A stretch of 64,000 bases of DNA, taken from positions 41,044,001 to 41,108,000 of the forward strand of contig OX597828.1 of assembly GCA_951406725.2 (NCBI GenBank), given 5' to 3'. This stretch comes from Octopus vulgaris. Taxonomy: Eukaryota. The notes beneath the pieces were generated by a model. It ran no database searches. It was given only the letters and a program-made list of their open reading frames with translations, and was not told the DNA's origin. The translations under genes were made by a program, and so were the position numbers. How positions within the stretch are numbered: the stretch's first letter is position 1; every line of letters begins with the position of its first letter. Positions 63,928 to 64,000 of the stretch are shown in pieces.

Positions 63928-64000
63928 CATATATATGACAGGCTTCTATCAGTTTACGTCTACCAAATCCACCCACAAGGCATTGGTCGGCCCGGGGCTA
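63233..64000. repeat. Tail-to-tail inverted pair of SINE-A
   Basis: + copy 63233-63632 and - copy from 63695 to the window end. Confidence 0.88.

Overview
AT-rich animal genomic DNA, most likely a coleoid cephalopod (Octopus-type SINE/MITE content; species inferred, not proven). Bases 767-39532 hold 25 consecutive coding exons of a + strand BAZ1B/WSTF chromatin-remodelling subunit gene. All have GT-AG boundaries and compatible phases, totalling about 4042 nt (about 1347 codons). The order is: post-WAC region, K/S-rich linker, DDT, WHIM motifs, two PHD fingers, poly-Glu tracts. The WAC-encoding start lies upstream of the window, and I found no bromodomain exon in the remaining 24 kb. Introns and the downstream region are crowded with several SINE families, piggyBac-type MITEs, a Helitron, a young 5'-truncated CR1-type LINE, RTE relics and Penelope-like fragments. 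Most interesting: candidate recursive splice sites (an AG|GTAAGA RS-exon plus AG|GTGAGT and AG|GTATGT ratchet points in the putative long intron), a possible bromodomain-less terminal isoform, paired LC8-type TQT motifs, a second PHD finger, minimal hammerhead-like motifs, and a SINE tandem with a mappable unequal-crossover breakpoint. Almost all short ORFs in the supplied track are repeat-derived noise.
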